Part shown: piece after piece, positions 1 to 9,932 of the stretch
How positions within the stretch are numbered: the first letter of the stretch is position 1
Layout of the letters: each line of letters opens with the position of its first letter
Source of the DNA: Sulfurospirillaceae bacterium
Lineage (GTDB): Bacteria; Campylobacterota; Campylobacteria; Campylobacterales; Sulfurospirillaceae
DNA: 64,000 nucleotides
Assembly: GCA_033723415.1 (NCBI GenBank)
Contig: JAWVXD010000007.1
Location: 47,091 to 111,090, forward strand
Direction: 5' to 3'
Position numbers and translations under genes: made by a program
Notes under the pieces: model-generated
The model's database searches: none
Told to the model about the DNA's origin: nothing
Seen by the model: the letters and a program-made list of their open reading frames with translations, nothing else

Positions 1-707
1 ACACTAAAGCCTTTTCTTTTCCCTATCGTGTAATGCATATATCCTTTGTGTTCACCTACTATTTCACCCTTGGTATTTAAAACATTTCCTGGTTTATCAG
101 TACTTGTGTGTTTTTTTAAAACATCTATGTAAGTAGTATCTACAAAACATATTTCACTACTCTCTTTTTGTGTTGCAAACTCTTGTAAGACATCTATTTG
201 AGAAGCAAATTTTTTTACATCTTCTTTATACATCTCACCCAAAGGAAACGTAACAAAATCAAGATTCTCTTTCTTCACATTTGCCAAAAAGTAACTCTGA
301 TCTTTTGTTTTATCAACAGCTTCTTTGATAAAACCATCTACAACTTGAACATAGTGTCCTGTTGCCAATTTATCTACACCTAACTCTTTTGCAAATTCAA
401 TGAGTGCTCCAAATTTTATATTTCTATTACACAGTGCACAAGGGTTAGGAGTTAATCCCTCTTCATATTTTTTTATAAAAGGCATATAAACAAATTCATT
501 GAACCTATCCCTGATGTCAAGAACATGATAAGATATGCCAAGATATTCGGAAACTTTTTTGATCTTTCTTATATTTTCTTCATGTGATTTTTCGTCATTA
601 TGAAGCCTCATATATACACCTTGTATATCGTGACCTTTTTCTTTTAATTTGTATGCGGTAACTGTTGAGTCAACACCCCCGCTCATTGCAACTAGTATTT
701 TAGACAT
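1..707 (-). CDS. mnmA: tRNA 2-thiouridine(34) synthase MnmA, 5' part only (3' end lies left of the window)
   Basis: Missing from the ORF track because it is edge-truncated. Hand translation of the minus strand from the ATG at 705-707 gives [35 protein letters not shown]...[17 protein letters not shown]...KDQSYFL. This shows the PP-loop SGGxDS motif and conserved MnmA blocks. The frame stays open to position 1. Confidence 0.85.
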   Translation of the reverse strand, partial: MSKILVAMSGGVDSTVTAYKLKEKGHDIQGVYMRLHNDEKSHEENIRKIKKVSEYLGISYHVLDIRDRFNEFVYMPFIKKYEEGLTPNPCALCNRNIKFGALIEFAKELGVDKLATGHYVQVVDGFIKEAVDKTKDQSYFLANVKKENLDFVTFPLGEMYKEDVKKFASQIDVLQEFATQKESSEICFVDTTYIDVLKKHTSTDKPGNVLNTKGEIVGEHKGYMHYTIGKRKGFS

Positions 708-806
708 TTTTGTTTCTTTTTGAAGTATTTTTAAGTTTTATATTACATCTTTTTTGCTTAAAAACTCTCGTTATTAATTATAGAGTTTTTTCGTCAAAGC
801 TAGATA

Positions 807-1670
807 TTATCTTAATTTTTCCAATCGCTCTCTTCTTGATCCGATCTCTCCGACTTGAATACCAAAGTTACCGTCTACTATAACCACTTCTCCGATAGCT
901 ATAACCTTATCTCCAACTAAAATCTCTAGCGGATCATTTGCAAGTTGTTCCAATTCTATAACTGATCCTATATCCATAGATAAAACATCTTTAAGGAGCA
1001 TTTTTTTATAACCTATACGTACTCTTATAGGCAATGCCACATCTTTGATAAGTTCAATATTTCTAGTTTCTGAAGCATCCAAATTGACTTGATTTTCAAT
1101 ATTATTCTGCTCTAGTACTCTTTTTTCTACTTTCTCGATTATTTCTTTAGGAGCATTTTCTCCTGAGAGTCTTGAATACAAATCGCTATCAAGGGCAAAT
1201 GAAATATTATCCATACAACTCTTAATATTAATATTAAATATAAGAAGATGATTGAACTCTTCAAAAGCAACAACTTGTGAAGAATCTTTGAATTCTATAT
1301 TTTCAACACTAAAATTAATATTCGGCATATCTTTTTGTGCTTTTAATGCAGTAGAAAAAGAGCCTAATATATTTGAGATAATCTCTTTTGTTGCATCTAG
1401 ATCATCATCATCCATCTCTTCTTTTTCCGTGCCCTCACCACCAAGCATCATATCACCAATAGCAGTTGCCAAATTAGTAGATATAGCAACACTTATATTG
1501 GTATTTAGATCACCTGAGATTTTTACTTTTGAGACTGCAATAGGCGGTGTCAAGGTCGTTTTGCTGTCTATTTCTATATTTCCATGAAGTTCAACTTTTG
1601 GACTGGCCCCGGTTAATCCCTCTATTGTTGATACGATCTCATCTTGTAATAATTTTAAAAAATCTGACAT
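807..1670 (-). CDS. fliY: flagellar motor switch protein FliY (CheC-like N-terminus plus FliN/SpoA C-terminal domain)
   Basis: 287 aa. The C-terminus DIGSVIELEQLANDPLEILVGDKVIAIGEVVIVDGNFGIQV is a FliN/SpoA domain. It lies 11 nt downstream of fliM, as in Campylobacter/Helicobacter. Confidence 0.85.
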   Translation of the reverse strand: MSDFLKLLQDEIVSTIEGLTGASPKVELHGNIEIDSKTTLTPPIAVSKVKISGDLNTNISVAISTNLATAIGDMMLGGEGTEKEEMDDDDLDATKEIISNILGSFSTALKAQKDMPNINFSVENIEFKDSSQVVAFEEFNHLLIFNINIKSCMDNISFALDSDLYSRLSGENAPKEIIEKVEKRVLEQNNIENQVNLDASETRNIELIKDVALPIRVRIGYKKMLLKDVLSMDIGSVIELEQLANDPLEILVGDKVIAIGEVVIVDGNFGIQVGEIGSRRERLEKLR

Positions 1671-1681
1671 AACACCCTCAT

Positions 1682-2725
1682 TTATGAAGAAACCTTCGCT
1701 CTTCTTTTACTTTCCAAGACTTCCAATGCATTTTTGATCTCATCTTTGTCTGTTTTTATTAATTGTTCTATTTTAACTGATTTTCTAAATCTATGCAATC
1801 CTATTTCACCCAAAAACAGATCTTTTTTGTCTATTGAAATGATAGCATGATCATCAGATGGTCGATTAAGTATAACTATATCACCTTTTTCAAGATCAAG
1901 TAACTCACCAACGCTTAGTTCTGTTTTACCCAAGATAGCTTCTGCAAAAACCTCTGCTCTTCCTATCAGTGCATTTAATTCTTTATTTCTACTTTTCTTC
2001 GAACTAGTTTCACCCAACATGATATCTCTATTGGCAAGTCTTGACAGTATTGGTTCAAGGTAAATTACAGGATAACATATGTTTATCATGCCACTTGAAT
2101 TTCCGATCGAAATCTCCATTACTACCATAATGACTATTTCGTTTTGTGATACTATCTGTACGACATTCGGACTTGATTCTTTTGCTTCTACAGCCGGGTA
2201 CATGTCCGTTACGGGAGCCCATGCTTCTTTTAATCTTTGCATTATTATTCTAAGAATCGCATCTAAAAGATTTAATTCTATATCTGTTAGTTCTCTTGTA
2301 ACTTCAAATGATTCTCCAATACCGCCAAGTAGTCTGTCGATCATAGGAAAAGCGATCGAAGGATTAATCTCGATTGCACAACTTCCGTCCAAAGGTTTTA
2401 TGGAAAAAACATTAAAACTTGTCGGAATAGGAAGTGACATTAAAAATTCACCATAGGTCATTTGATCTACAGAGTGAAGCTGTATCTCCACAATACTTCT
2501 CATAATAGATGAAACCTGTGCTGCTAGATTTCTTGCCATCTTGTCATGTATGCCCTTGACTGCTCGAAGTTGTTCTTTTGAAACTCTGTTTGGTCTTTTA
2601 AAGTCGTAAAGTATGATATGGCGTTCTTCAGAATTGTCCGCTACACTTTCAGGATTTTCTGTGTCGTCATTATCTACAACTTCCAGCAAAGCATCTATTT
2701 CTTCTTGACTTAGTATATCAGCCAT
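1682..2725 (-). CDS. fliM: flagellar motor switch protein FliM
   Basis: The N-terminal LSQEEIDALL motif is the CheY-P binding peptide. Length is 347 aa with a C-terminal SpoA-type domain. It overlaps fliA by 8 nt. Confidence 0.95.
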   Translation of the reverse strand: MADILSQEEIDALLEVVDNDDTENPESVADNSEERHIILYDFKRPNRVSKEQLRAVKGIHDKMARNLAAQVSSIMRSIVEIQLHSVDQMTYGEFLMSLPIPTSFNVFSIKPLDGSCAIEINPSIAFPMIDRLLGGIGESFEVTRELTDIELNLLDAILRIIMQRLKEAWAPVTDMYPAVEAKESSPNVVQIVSQNEIVIMVVMEISIGNSSGMINICYPVIYLEPILSRLANRDIMLGETSSKKSRNKELNALIGRAEVFAEAILGKTELSVGELLDLEKGDIVILNRPSDDHAIISIDKKDLFLGEIGLHRFRKSVKIEQLIKTDKDEIKNALEVLESKRRAKVSS

Positions 2726-3434
2726 AATCTCTCCCTAACTCACTTCTGATTTTTCTCAAAAGCTTTTTATGTATTTGAGATATTCTTGACTCACTTATAT
2801 CCAAGACATCACTTATCTCTTTCAAGTTCAACTCTTCAAAATAATAAAGCTGCACTATCATTTGTTCTCTTTCATCAAATTTTGATAATACTTGCTTTAT
2901 TATATCCAACAACTGTTCTTTTTCAACCAATTCAGGCGTATTTTCTCCTGAAAATATCGATAATTGTTCATTTATAGGCATTACTGAGATGACTTTGCAA
3001 CCATTTCTCGCCTCTTTTATTTTATCTATGTCTTCTCCGGTGACATCGCTTAGATATTCATCACTTGGTTCTTCTTGAAAATCATTAAAATATTTACTAA
3101 TCTCTTTATCTATCAATTTGATAAGTCTTCTATCACTTCTGCTTACAACATCCAAAGAACGTAAAAAGTCTAACATAGAGCCATATACTCTTTTTTTTCC
3201 ATAACCCCAAAAAGAGTCATTTTTAACTTTATCGTATCTTTTTGAGAGTTTTATCATCTCTTCTGTTCCGATTGATATCAAATCATCCACATCTATGGAT
3301 GAAGGCAATCTTTCTCTTAGCCGATATGCCATAGCTCGAAGAGCCGGAAGATACTGTATCACCAAGTCATCTTGCTCTTTCTTGATACTCTGCAAATATG
3401 GATTATGCTGCTTGTTGATCATTTTCTCCATCAT
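2718..3434 (-). CDS. fliA: flagellar RNA polymerase sigma factor FliA (sigma-28)
   Basis: 238 aa sigma-70 family protein. The region 4.2 helix-turn-helix is LKEISDVLDISESRISQIHKKLLRKIR. It sits between flhG and fliM. Confidence 0.9.
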   Translation of the reverse strand: MMEKMINKQHNPYLQSIKKEQDDLVIQYLPALRAMAYRLRERLPSSIDVDDLISIGTEEMIKLSKRYDKVKNDSFWGYGKKRVYGSMLDFLRSLDVVSRSDRRLIKLIDKEISKYFNDFQEEPSDEYLSDVTGEDIDKIKEARNGCKVISVMPINEQLSIFSGENTPELVEKEQLLDIIKQVLSKFDEREQMIVQLYYFEELNLKEISDVLDISESRISQIHKKLLRKIRSELGRDYG

Positions 3435-3774
3435 CTTCCGTCATACTGTTCAAATGTGTTTGTGCATAATAAAGTTTATTCATCTTATCAATGTCCAATA
3501 AAAGAGAATCAAGTTTATTTTCTCTATAGTCCAACTCTTGCAAAAAATATTCACTTATGTCTTCGTGCTCTTTTTTGTCAAACATCTTACGCCCAAGTCT
3601 TGAAAAATCTATAAAATTTATCACCACTACATGTATAAATAGATAGAAAAATAGTGTTATAGCCCCTGTATAAAGTAAAATATCCCACGGGCTTACGAAG
3701 TTAAGCAAAGAGAACACTAGCCCAATAAAAAAACCACAGGCCGTAAAAAAATATATATAATTTTCTGTTTGCAT
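3403..3774 (-). CDS. small two-TM membrane protein of unknown function, conserved between flhG and fliA in epsilonproteobacteria
   Basis: 123 aa. It has two hydrophobic helices (IYFFTACGFFIGLVFSLL and YTGAITLFFYLFIHVVVINF) and an acidic C-terminal tail. Its 3' end overlaps the fliA start by 32 nt. From memory, the position matches Cj0062c/HP1033. Confidence 0.6.
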   Translation of the reverse strand: MQTENYIYFFTACGFFIGLVFSLLNFVSPWDILLYTGAITLFFYLFIHVVVINFIDFSRLGRKMFDKKEHEDISEYFLQELDYRENKLDSLLLDIDKMNKLYYAQTHLNSMTEDDGENDQQAA

Positions 3775-3797
3775 TGTCCCACAACTCCAATTTTAAA

Positions 3798-4676
3798 CTA
3801 AAATTGTTCAATCAGCCTTTTAAAAAAACTACCGAAACTTCTATTTACACCATCTTTAAGCACTTTTCGTTCCAACTTGTATACCAGGTTATTTACAATC
3901 TGTTTCATATCTATTGAAGCCAAAGAATTCGGAGAGTCGTCCGTAAAGAGAGTCCTTTGCTTTATACTCTTTGCGATTAGCCTATCTTCAGGCAATTTTC
4001 CGATAAGATTTAAATCAAGTTTATTGCCTATATTTTGTAATGCCACTTTCTTGATCTTATCAAATATAAGTGATGCCTCTTTGTCATTTTTGACCATATT
4101 TAAAATCAAGAATAATGAAGATTTGATCTTGCTTGTAACTTTTATTGTAGCATAAGCATCTGTTATGGCAGCAGGATCAGGTACGGTTACGACTATCACC
4201 TCATCTGCAGCTTCCAAAAACAGCTGTATATGTCCGCCTATACCTGCGCCTGTGTCTATGATTATGAAATCCAGATCATCTAGCATAGAACTTTCTTCAT
4301 AAAATCTCTCAAATATAAATTGATCGCTATATTTTAGTATCTCATCTCCACTTTCTCCTGGGATCAATATAAGATTTTTATTTACGTTGACAATAATATC
4401 ACTAAGAGAACACTCTCCCTTTAACACATGCAAAATATTTTTGTTGATGCGCACATTTAAGATCACATCTAAATTTGCCAAACCTATATCCGCGTCTAAA
4501 AGAGCCACTTTATAGCCATTTTGAGATAAAACGTTTGCCATATTTGCGCTAATGGTACTTTTCCCTACTCCACCTTTTCCGCTTGTGATGGCTACATACT
4601 TCGTATTTACTTTTTTTTCAGTTTGTCTTTTTTGATCAACAATCTCTTTTAGCTTATTTGCCTGGTTGTTCATCAT
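3798..4676 (-). CDS. flhG: flagellar number regulator FlhG (MinD/ParA-type ATPase)
   Basis: Deviant Walker A motif SGKGGVGKST. The ORF track starts at a TTG (4706) inside flhF. I prefer the ATG at 4676 (MMNNQANKL...), which is preceded by AAGGA at 5-nt spacing. Confidence 0.85.
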   Translation of the reverse strand: MMNNQANKLKEIVDQKRQTEKKVNTKYVAITSGKGGVGKSTISANMANVLSQNGYKVALLDADIGLANLDVILNVRINKNILHVLKGECSLSDIIVNVNKNLILIPGESGDEILKYSDQFIFERFYEESSMLDDLDFIIIDTGAGIGGHIQLFLEAADEVIVVTVPDPAAITDAYATIKVTSKIKSSLFLILNMVKNDKEASLIFDKIKKVALQNIGNKLDLNLIGKLPEDRLIAKSIKQRTLFTDDSPNSLASIDMKQIVNNLVYKLERKVLKDGVNRSFGSFFKRLIEQF

Positions 4677-5928
4677 GCTTTTCCTTTTTTGCATTAAAGC
4701 CTTCAAGTATACAATTTACCAAAAAGTCACTTGAAGCCGTGACTAGGTCATCTGGCACCTCTTGTCCTGTAGAAAAATAACTCACTGGTTTGTTTATATT
4801 GTAGATCAAAGAAAAAATCGTTCCAAAAACCTTGGTTTCATCAAATTTTGTAAATATCAAAGTATCAATATCAAGAAATTCATAACTCTTATATATCTCT
4901 TCCAAATCTTCGAGTTTATATCCGGCGGAGAGCACTAGGTTTACATCTATTTGAAAATCGCTCTTTCTGATAAATTCATTTAACTTTGCAAGTTTTTGCT
5001 TATCATACTGAGAACTTCCAACTGTATCTATCAAGACGATATCACAGTGACTAAGAGAGTTTAGAGCATCATTGAAATCATTTGGATCAACTACATCTTC
5101 TATAGGCAGCCTCATCATTTTTGCATACTGAAAAAGCTGTTCAACGGCACCTATCCTGTAAGTATCTAGAGTAATAATACCGACTTTACTTCGTTTTTCC
5201 ATCAAATATGAATATCTAGCAGCAAGTTTAGCTATAGTCGTAGTTTTCCCTACACCGGTAGGTCCAACGAACATCATGACCTTTTTGACTTTTCTATTTG
5301 CAGGAGACTCTACCCTGACAGGAATTAATTTGCGAAGAAGGACCTGAAAATACCTTTTGATCGTTTCGCTGTTGCTTTTCATGCGTGAGGGCATATGCTC
5401 TAAGGTCAGATTCATAATATTTTCTAGATGATCTTCTCCCATGCCGCTTTTTTTAGCTAATTTATATATTTCAGCAAATTCGGCAGGAATTTGTAGATTA
5501 TTTCTATTCGGTGCTTTTTCTTCCCAAAACATCTCTTGGATCAGCTTTATTTTATCTGCTAACTTTGTTATTTCATCTTTTATGCATGTTATTTCTTCAT
5601 TTGCTTTTGTCGAAACTTCTTTTTCTATATTGCTTTTCTGTCCTATATTGTCGTTAGTAACTTTTGCAATTTGTGAGATCTGTTTTGCGGCTTCTGATAT
5701 ATTTGCCAACATATCGTCATTGCTCTTTTGCGTATATTTCTCTTTTGGCGGAATAACTTTTTTTTGGTCCTCTTCCACTCCGACTATTACTTCATAGAGA
5801 GATGAAGAGTTTATAGTTTTTTTTCTGATCTGCTTTGTACTTACCACAAGAGCATTTTCTCCACACTCAGCTTGAGCTTGTTTTAACGCAACTGCAGGAG
5901 TTTCACCACTAAATGTTAGAAATTTCAC
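4654..5928 (-). CDS. flhF: flagellar biosynthesis GTPase FlhF (SRP family)
   Basis: GTPase motifs FVGPTGVGKTTTIAKLA (G1), LIDTVGSS (G3) and TKFDET (G4). It lies immediately upstream of flhG. Confidence 0.9.
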   Translation of the reverse strand: MKFLTFSGETPAVALKQAQAECGENALVVSTKQIRKKTINSSSLYEVIVGVEEDQKKVIPPKEKYTQKSNDDMLANISEAAKQISQIAKVTNDNIGQKSNIEKEVSTKANEEITCIKDEITKLADKIKLIQEMFWEEKAPNRNNLQIPAEFAEIYKLAKKSGMGEDHLENIMNLTLEHMPSRMKSNSETIKRYFQVLLRKLIPVRVESPANRKVKKVMMFVGPTGVGKTTTIAKLAARYSYLMEKRSKVGIITLDTYRIGAVEQLFQYAKMMRLPIEDVVDPNDFNDALNSLSHCDIVLIDTVGSSQYDKQKLAKLNEFIRKSDFQIDVNLVLSAGYKLEDLEEIYKSYEFLDIDTLIFTKFDETKVFGTIFSLIYNINKPVSYFSTGQEVPDDLVTASSDFLVNCILEGFNAKKEKHDEQPGK

Positions 5929-6419
5929 GCTATTTCCTTTTTCACATATTCAAGAGGTATTTTAACACTTAATCTTTCTTCCCACTCTGGATGTGGTATG
6001 GTCAACATTTTTGTATTTATTTTTAAATCATCAAAAAATATTATATCCAAATCTATACTCCTTGGTGCATTTCTAAAACTTCTTTTTCTTTTTTGTCTTT
6101 TTTCAATTCGTAAAAGATTTTTTAATAACTCTTTTGGTGTAAGCGAAGTTTGCAAAACCAAAACAGCATTTAGAAAATCATTTTGTTCTAAATATCCAAA
6201 TGGAGGATTCTTTAGGATAGGAGATGTGCACAAGATATGAAATCTTCTATCTTGTAAAAAATATCTTAAAACAGAATCAAATCTCTTAAAAACATTTCCT
6301 ACATTCCCTCCTATCCCAACTACTGCTTTATGTTTAAAACAAGTTTTTTTACGATATCTTCTTGGAAAATTTTTGGAAAAATAAAGCGTTAAATCTTGAT
6401 TTAACTTGATCTTTTTCAA
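5925..6419 (-). CDS. folK: 2-amino-4-hydroxy-6-hydroxymethyldihydropteridine diphosphokinase (HPPK)
   Basis: 164 aa with HPPK-like blocks GIGGNVGN, IDLDIIFFDD and IPHPEWEER. It overlaps both neighbours by 4 nt. Confidence 0.75.
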   Translation of the reverse strand: MKKIKLNQDLTLYFSKNFPRRYRKKTCFKHKAVVGIGGNVGNVFKRFDSVLRYFLQDRRFHILCTSPILKNPPFGYLEQNDFLNAVLVLQTSLTPKELLKNLLRIEKRQKRKRSFRNAPRSIDLDIIFFDDLKINTKMLTIPHPEWEERLSVKIPLEYVKKEIA

Positions 6420-7444
6420 CTGATGATCTCAACACTCGTTTCTTTTGCTATAACCGTATCTTCGATACGAACGCCAAATTCTCCCGGTAGATAGATCCCG
6501 GGTTCTATGGTAAAAACCATATTTTCTTCTATGATATCTTTGCTTCTTGCGCCGATTACCGGCAATTCATGAATATCCAAGCCAACGCCGTGTCCTGTTG
6601 AGTGGATAAAGTATTTCCCGTATCCTGCTTTATCTATGACATCACGTCCTGCTTTGTCTATATCACTGGCTTTTACACCGGCTTTTGCCTTCTTTATAGA
6701 TGCTTCATGAGCTCTCAAAACCGTATCGTAAACTTTTTGTTTCAGACTATCATTAAACTTCATATTCTTTTCAAATACCATGGACTCTCCGGCTTGGGCG
6801 GTTCTTGTTCGATCAGAACAGTACCTTTTGTATTTGACACCGGCATCCAACAGGATCAATTCACCTTCCTGAAGAATTTTTTCTGAAGGCAGAGCATGAG
6901 GTTTTGCCGCATTTTCACCTAATGCTACAATAGGTGAAAAACTAAGTTCTAGCTCACCATAGTTTTTAAATATATTTTCTGCTTCGTTAAACAATCTTTT
7001 TTCACTCATCCCAAAACCGTTCTCTCTCACAAAACCGGCAAATCTGTCGAAAGCATCTGCTCCTAATTTTGCTGCAGCTCTTAAAATATCAAGTTCTTCT
7101 TTGCTCTTTATAATTCTCTTCTGTTGTGAAAAATTCACTTTTTTTGAAAAGTTAATATTTAGCTTTGAACTTAATCTTTCAAATGCATCTACGCTCCATT
7201 CAAACGGATCATACACGATCGTCTTCACTTTAGAACTTCTGATGATCTTTCGCGCGGCTTTTAAAGGATCTCTTCTGTCCATCTCTATAACTTGGGCGTT
7301 TTTTATATACTCTTTCGCTTCTGTTACGTATCTGGCATCAGTTAGGAAATAAGCATCATCTCCAAGTCTTAAAAAGATCTCACTATCACATGAGAAGCCG
7401 CATTCAAAGTATACGGCATTTTCATTTTTTAATATATAATTCAT
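6416..7444 (-). CDS. M24B family Xaa-Pro aminopeptidase/dipeptidase
   Basis: Metal-ligand blocks LLDAGVKYKRYCSDRTR, HSTGHGVGLDIHE, EPGIY and IEDTV are typical of the M24 pita-bread fold. Confidence 0.85.
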   Translation of the reverse strand: MNYILKNENAVYFECGFSCDSEIFLRLGDDAYFLTDARYVTEAKEYIKNAQVIEMDRRDPLKAARKIIRSSKVKTIVYDPFEWSVDAFERLSSKLNINFSKKVNFSQQKRIIKSKEELDILRAAAKLGADAFDRFAGFVRENGFGMSEKRLFNEAENIFKNYGELELSFSPIVALGENAAKPHALPSEKILQEGELILLDAGVKYKRYCSDRTRTAQAGESMVFEKNMKFNDSLKQKVYDTVLRAHEASIKKAKAGVKASDIDKAGRDVIDKAGYGKYFIHSTGHGVGLDIHELPVIGARSKDIIEENMVFTIEPGIYLPGEFGVRIEDTVIAKETSVEIIS

Positions 7445-7923
7445 TAAGCTTTAGCTTGCTCTTCCGCTTGAGCTTTTTGCAATGCTTCCATCTCACCTAA
7501 CATTTGTAAAAGAGAGATCATTGCCAAGTGGTAGCCAAACGGTCCAAATCCTGTGATAACACCCGTACTTACTTCAGCAGTCATACTTTTTGCTCTAAAT
7601 TCTTCTCTTCTGTGAATGTTACTTATATGCACTTCTATAGTTGGTAATGCAACAGCACTGATAGCATCTCTTATAGCTATTGAGGTATGAGAATAAGCCG
7701 CCGGATTAATGATTATACCGTCTGCATCACCTAAACACTCTTGGATCTTATCTACTATTTCACCTTCTAAATTTGATTGAAAAAACTCAATCTCAGTACC
7801 GTTTTGTTTAGCAACTGCTTCCATTTGTGCATGGATTTCTTCTAATTTCATAGGTCCATAAATATTTTGCTCTCTATGTCCTAACATATTCAAATTCGGT
7901 CCTTGGATTACAACAATCTTCAC
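7444..7923 (-). CDS. aroQ: type II 3-dehydroquinate dehydratase
   Basis: [16 protein letters not shown] and [12 protein letters not shown] motifs. 159 aa, GTG start preceded by AAAGGAAG. Confidence 0.92.
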   Translation of the reverse strand: MKIVVIQGPNLNMLGHREQNIYGPMKLEEIHAQMEAVAKQNGTEIEFFQSNLEGEIVDKIQECLGDADGIIINPAAYSHTSIAIRDAISAVALPTIEVHISNIHRREEFRAKSMTAEVSTGVITGFGPFGYHLAMISLLQMLGEMEALQKAQAEEQAKA

Positions 7924-7952
7924 ATTTCTTCCTTTGTTTAAAAAATTTCTTT

Positions 7953-7961
7953 ATTATACCA
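7953..7961 (-). promoter_or_regulatory. extended -10 box (TGGTATAAT on minus strand) for the aroQ-to-fliY transcription unit
   Basis: An exact TGnTATAAT lies about 30 nt upstream of the aroQ GTG. All ten genes from 7923 down to 807 overlap or are separated by 23 nt or less. Confidence 0.45.
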
Positions 7962-8042
7962 ATAGCAACTAAAAAATTTTATTAAGTGTTTGTTTACCAA
8001 GACGAGTTATACTTCTCTTATATAATTTTACAAGGAGTCGAC

Positions 8043-8618
8043 ATGAGCAAAATATTATTTATCGTAGGTGATTTTGTAGAAGATTATGAAGTTATGGTAC
8101 CTTTTCAAGCACTTGGTGCCGTAGGTCATGACGTGGTTGCAGTGTGCCCAGAAAAAAAGGCAGGTGATTTTGTCAGAACTGCTATTCACGACTTTGAAGG
8201 TGATCAAACCTATAGTGAAAAGCCCGGTCATAATTTCACGTTAAATGGAACATTTAGTGAAATAGACGTAAAAAGCTTCGACGCACTTGTAATACCTGGA
8301 GGAAGAGCGCCGGAGTATTTAAGGTTAAATGACAAAGTATTGGAATTTGTGAGACATTTTGCAGATGCGAACAAACCCATAGCAGCTATCTGTCATGGAG
8401 CCCAGATACTTGCGGCTGCAAATCTGCTAAAAGGGAAAACCTGTTCTGCTTATCCTGCCTGTGCTCCGGAAGTGAGAGAAGCCGGTGGAAGTTATAAAGA
8501 TATTGCAGTAACGGATGCCTTTACAGATGGTAACTTGGTCACCGCACCTGCTTGGCCGGCTCATCCTGAGTGGATATCACAATTCTTAAAAGTCTTAGGA
8601 ACAAAAATAACACTCTAG
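8043..8618 (+). CDS. DJ-1/PfpI family protein
   Basis: The nucleophile-elbow motif AICHGAQIL is present. I place the start at the ATG at 8043 ([11 protein letters not shown]), preceded by AAGGAG and a TATAAT at 8021-8026. The track start at 7986 would lie upstream of that promoter box. Confidence 0.8.
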   Translation: MSKILFIVGDFVEDYEVMVPFQALGAVGHDVVAVCPEKKAGDFVRTAIHDFEGDQTYSEKPGHNFTLNGTFSEIDVKSFDALVIPGGRAPEYLRLNDKVLEFVRHFADANKPIAAICHGAQILAAANLLKGKTCSAYPACAPEVREAGGSYKDIAVTDAFTDGNLVTAPAWPAHPEWISQFLKVLGTKITL

Positions 8619-8623
8619 AATAA

Positions 8624-8649
8624 AGGGATTATATAATTATATAATCCCT
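8624..8649. terminator. 26-nt perfect palindrome (AGGGATTATATAATTATATAATCCCT), possible terminator hairpin after the DJ-1 gene
   Basis: Perfect inverted repeat read directly from the sequence, 6 nt after the stop codon. It is followed by an A-run rather than a T-run, so it is not a canonical intrinsic terminator for the plus strand. Confidence 0.35.
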
Positions 8650-8672
8650 AAAAAAATCTCATCTTACATTTA

Positions 8673-8681
8673 TGCTACAAT
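8673..8681 (+). promoter_or_regulatory. extended -10-like box TGCTACAAT ahead of the amidohydrolase-sppA-MFS unit
   Basis: TGnTACAAT lies 27 nt upstream of the TTG start at 8709. An AAGGG Shine-Dalgarno sits between them. Confidence 0.35.
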
Positions 8682-8708
8682 TTTGAAAAATTATATAAGG
8701 GTTTTTAC

Positions 8709-9932
8709 TTGAAAATATTAACAGCTGATTATATTATTACGTGCAATGATAATTTTGATATCATTGAAAATGGTGCCATCTGTTTTGATGAAACTATAAT
8801 AGAAATAGGAAAAAGCAAAGATATTATAAATAAATACGGCGATGCAAAATTAATTTGGGCGGGTGAAAACTCTGTAATTCTCCCTGGGCTCATCAACTCT
8901 CATGTTCATCTGGAATTTAGTGCAAATAAAACATCTCTTAAATACGGAGATTTTATCCCCTGGTTAAACAGTGTTATAAGAAACAGAGACGAGATCTTAC
9001 ATAATAGCACACAGGGGTGTATAGAAAATGAGTTGGAGAATATGCTAAAAAGCGGAACTACTACTCTAGGAGAGATCAGCAGCTTTGGGGATGACTTCGA
9101 TGCTTGCATCAAAACACCTCAAAAAGTCGTCTATTTTACTGAAATTCTGGGTTCTAGAGCCGATACGGTAGACGTTTTATTTAATGATTTCAAATCAAAG
9201 TTACAACAAAGCGAAGAGTATAGAAGTCCAACTTTTATACCGGCGATTTCTATTCATTCACCTTACTCTACGCACCCAATTCTTGCAAAACACGCCTTAG
9301 ATATTGCGAGAGAAAAAGATTACCTAGTCTCTACTCATTTTATGGAAAGTCAAGCAGAGAGAGATTGGTTAGATGATGGTAGCGGTGATTTTATAGAGTT
9401 TTTCAACGCATTTGCACCAAATGCCAAACCTCTTACAAACAGTCTAGACTATTTGGATCTTTTTCATGATACCAAAACACTATTTACCCACTGCACTAAA
9501 GCAGAGCAAAGAGAGATAGATAGGATAAAAGAACTTGGTGGATATATCACACATTGTCCTGTTTCAAACAGACTTTTAAACTCCGGTAGGTTAGGTATAG
9601 AAAATATAGACAAAAATATGTTAAACTTAGGAACAGACGGATTAAGTTCAAATATTTCTCTTAGTCTTTGGGATGAAATGAGGATGGCTCTCATGATACA
9701 TCATCTTGGAGATCTTGAGAAATTATCAAAACAACTTTTAAAGATGAGCACTATAAATGCAGCAACTGCACTTGGGCTCAATAACGGTGTATTAGATAAA
9801 GCAAAAGATGCAGATATCATAACCATCAAAATGCCAGACAAACTAACATCATGTGATAATCTATGCACCCAATTGATCTTGCATTCTCAAACAGTCGATA
9901 AAACTTATATTAACGGGAAGGAGATAAAATGA
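8709..9932 (+). CDS. amidohydrolase superfamily protein (aminofutalosine/nucleoside deaminase-like)
   Basis: 407 aa. The metal-binding HxH motif (NSHVHLEFS) is present, with later THF/HC.. blocks. TTG start. From memory, its position next to aroQ and sppA matches Campylobacter. Confidence 0.7.
   Translation: MKILTADYIITCNDNFDIIENGAICFDETIIEIGKSKDIINKYGDAKLIWAGENSVILPGLINSHVHLEFSANKTSLKYGDFIPWLNSVIRNRDEILHNSTQGCIENELENMLKSGTTTLGEISSFGDDFDACIKTPQKVVYFTEILGSRADTVDVLFNDFKSKLQQSEEYRSPTFIPAISIHSPYSTHPILAKHALDIAREKDYLVSTHFMESQAERDWLDDGSGDFIEFFNAFAPNAKPLTNSLDYLDLFHDTKTLFTHCTKAEQREIDRIKELGGYITHCPVSNRLLNSGRLGIENIDKNMLNLGTDGLSSNISLSLWDEMRMALMIHHLGDLEKLSKQLLKMSTINAATALGLNNGVLDKAKDADIITIKMPDKLTSCDNLCTQLILHSQTVDKTYINGKEIK

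Noticed and set aside
198-383. A 61-aa plus-strand ORF at the left edge.
   Set aside because: It is antisense to the edge-truncated mnmA gene, whose translation carries unmistakable MnmA motifs. The ORF itself has no features.
3798-4706. A 53-nt overlap between flhF and flhG implied by the ORF track.
   Set aside because: The overlap comes from an upstream in-frame TTG. The ATG at 4676 has a proper AAGGA Shine-Dalgarno and gives an N-terminus (MMNNQANKL) like known FlhG proteins, which reduces the overlap to 23 nt.
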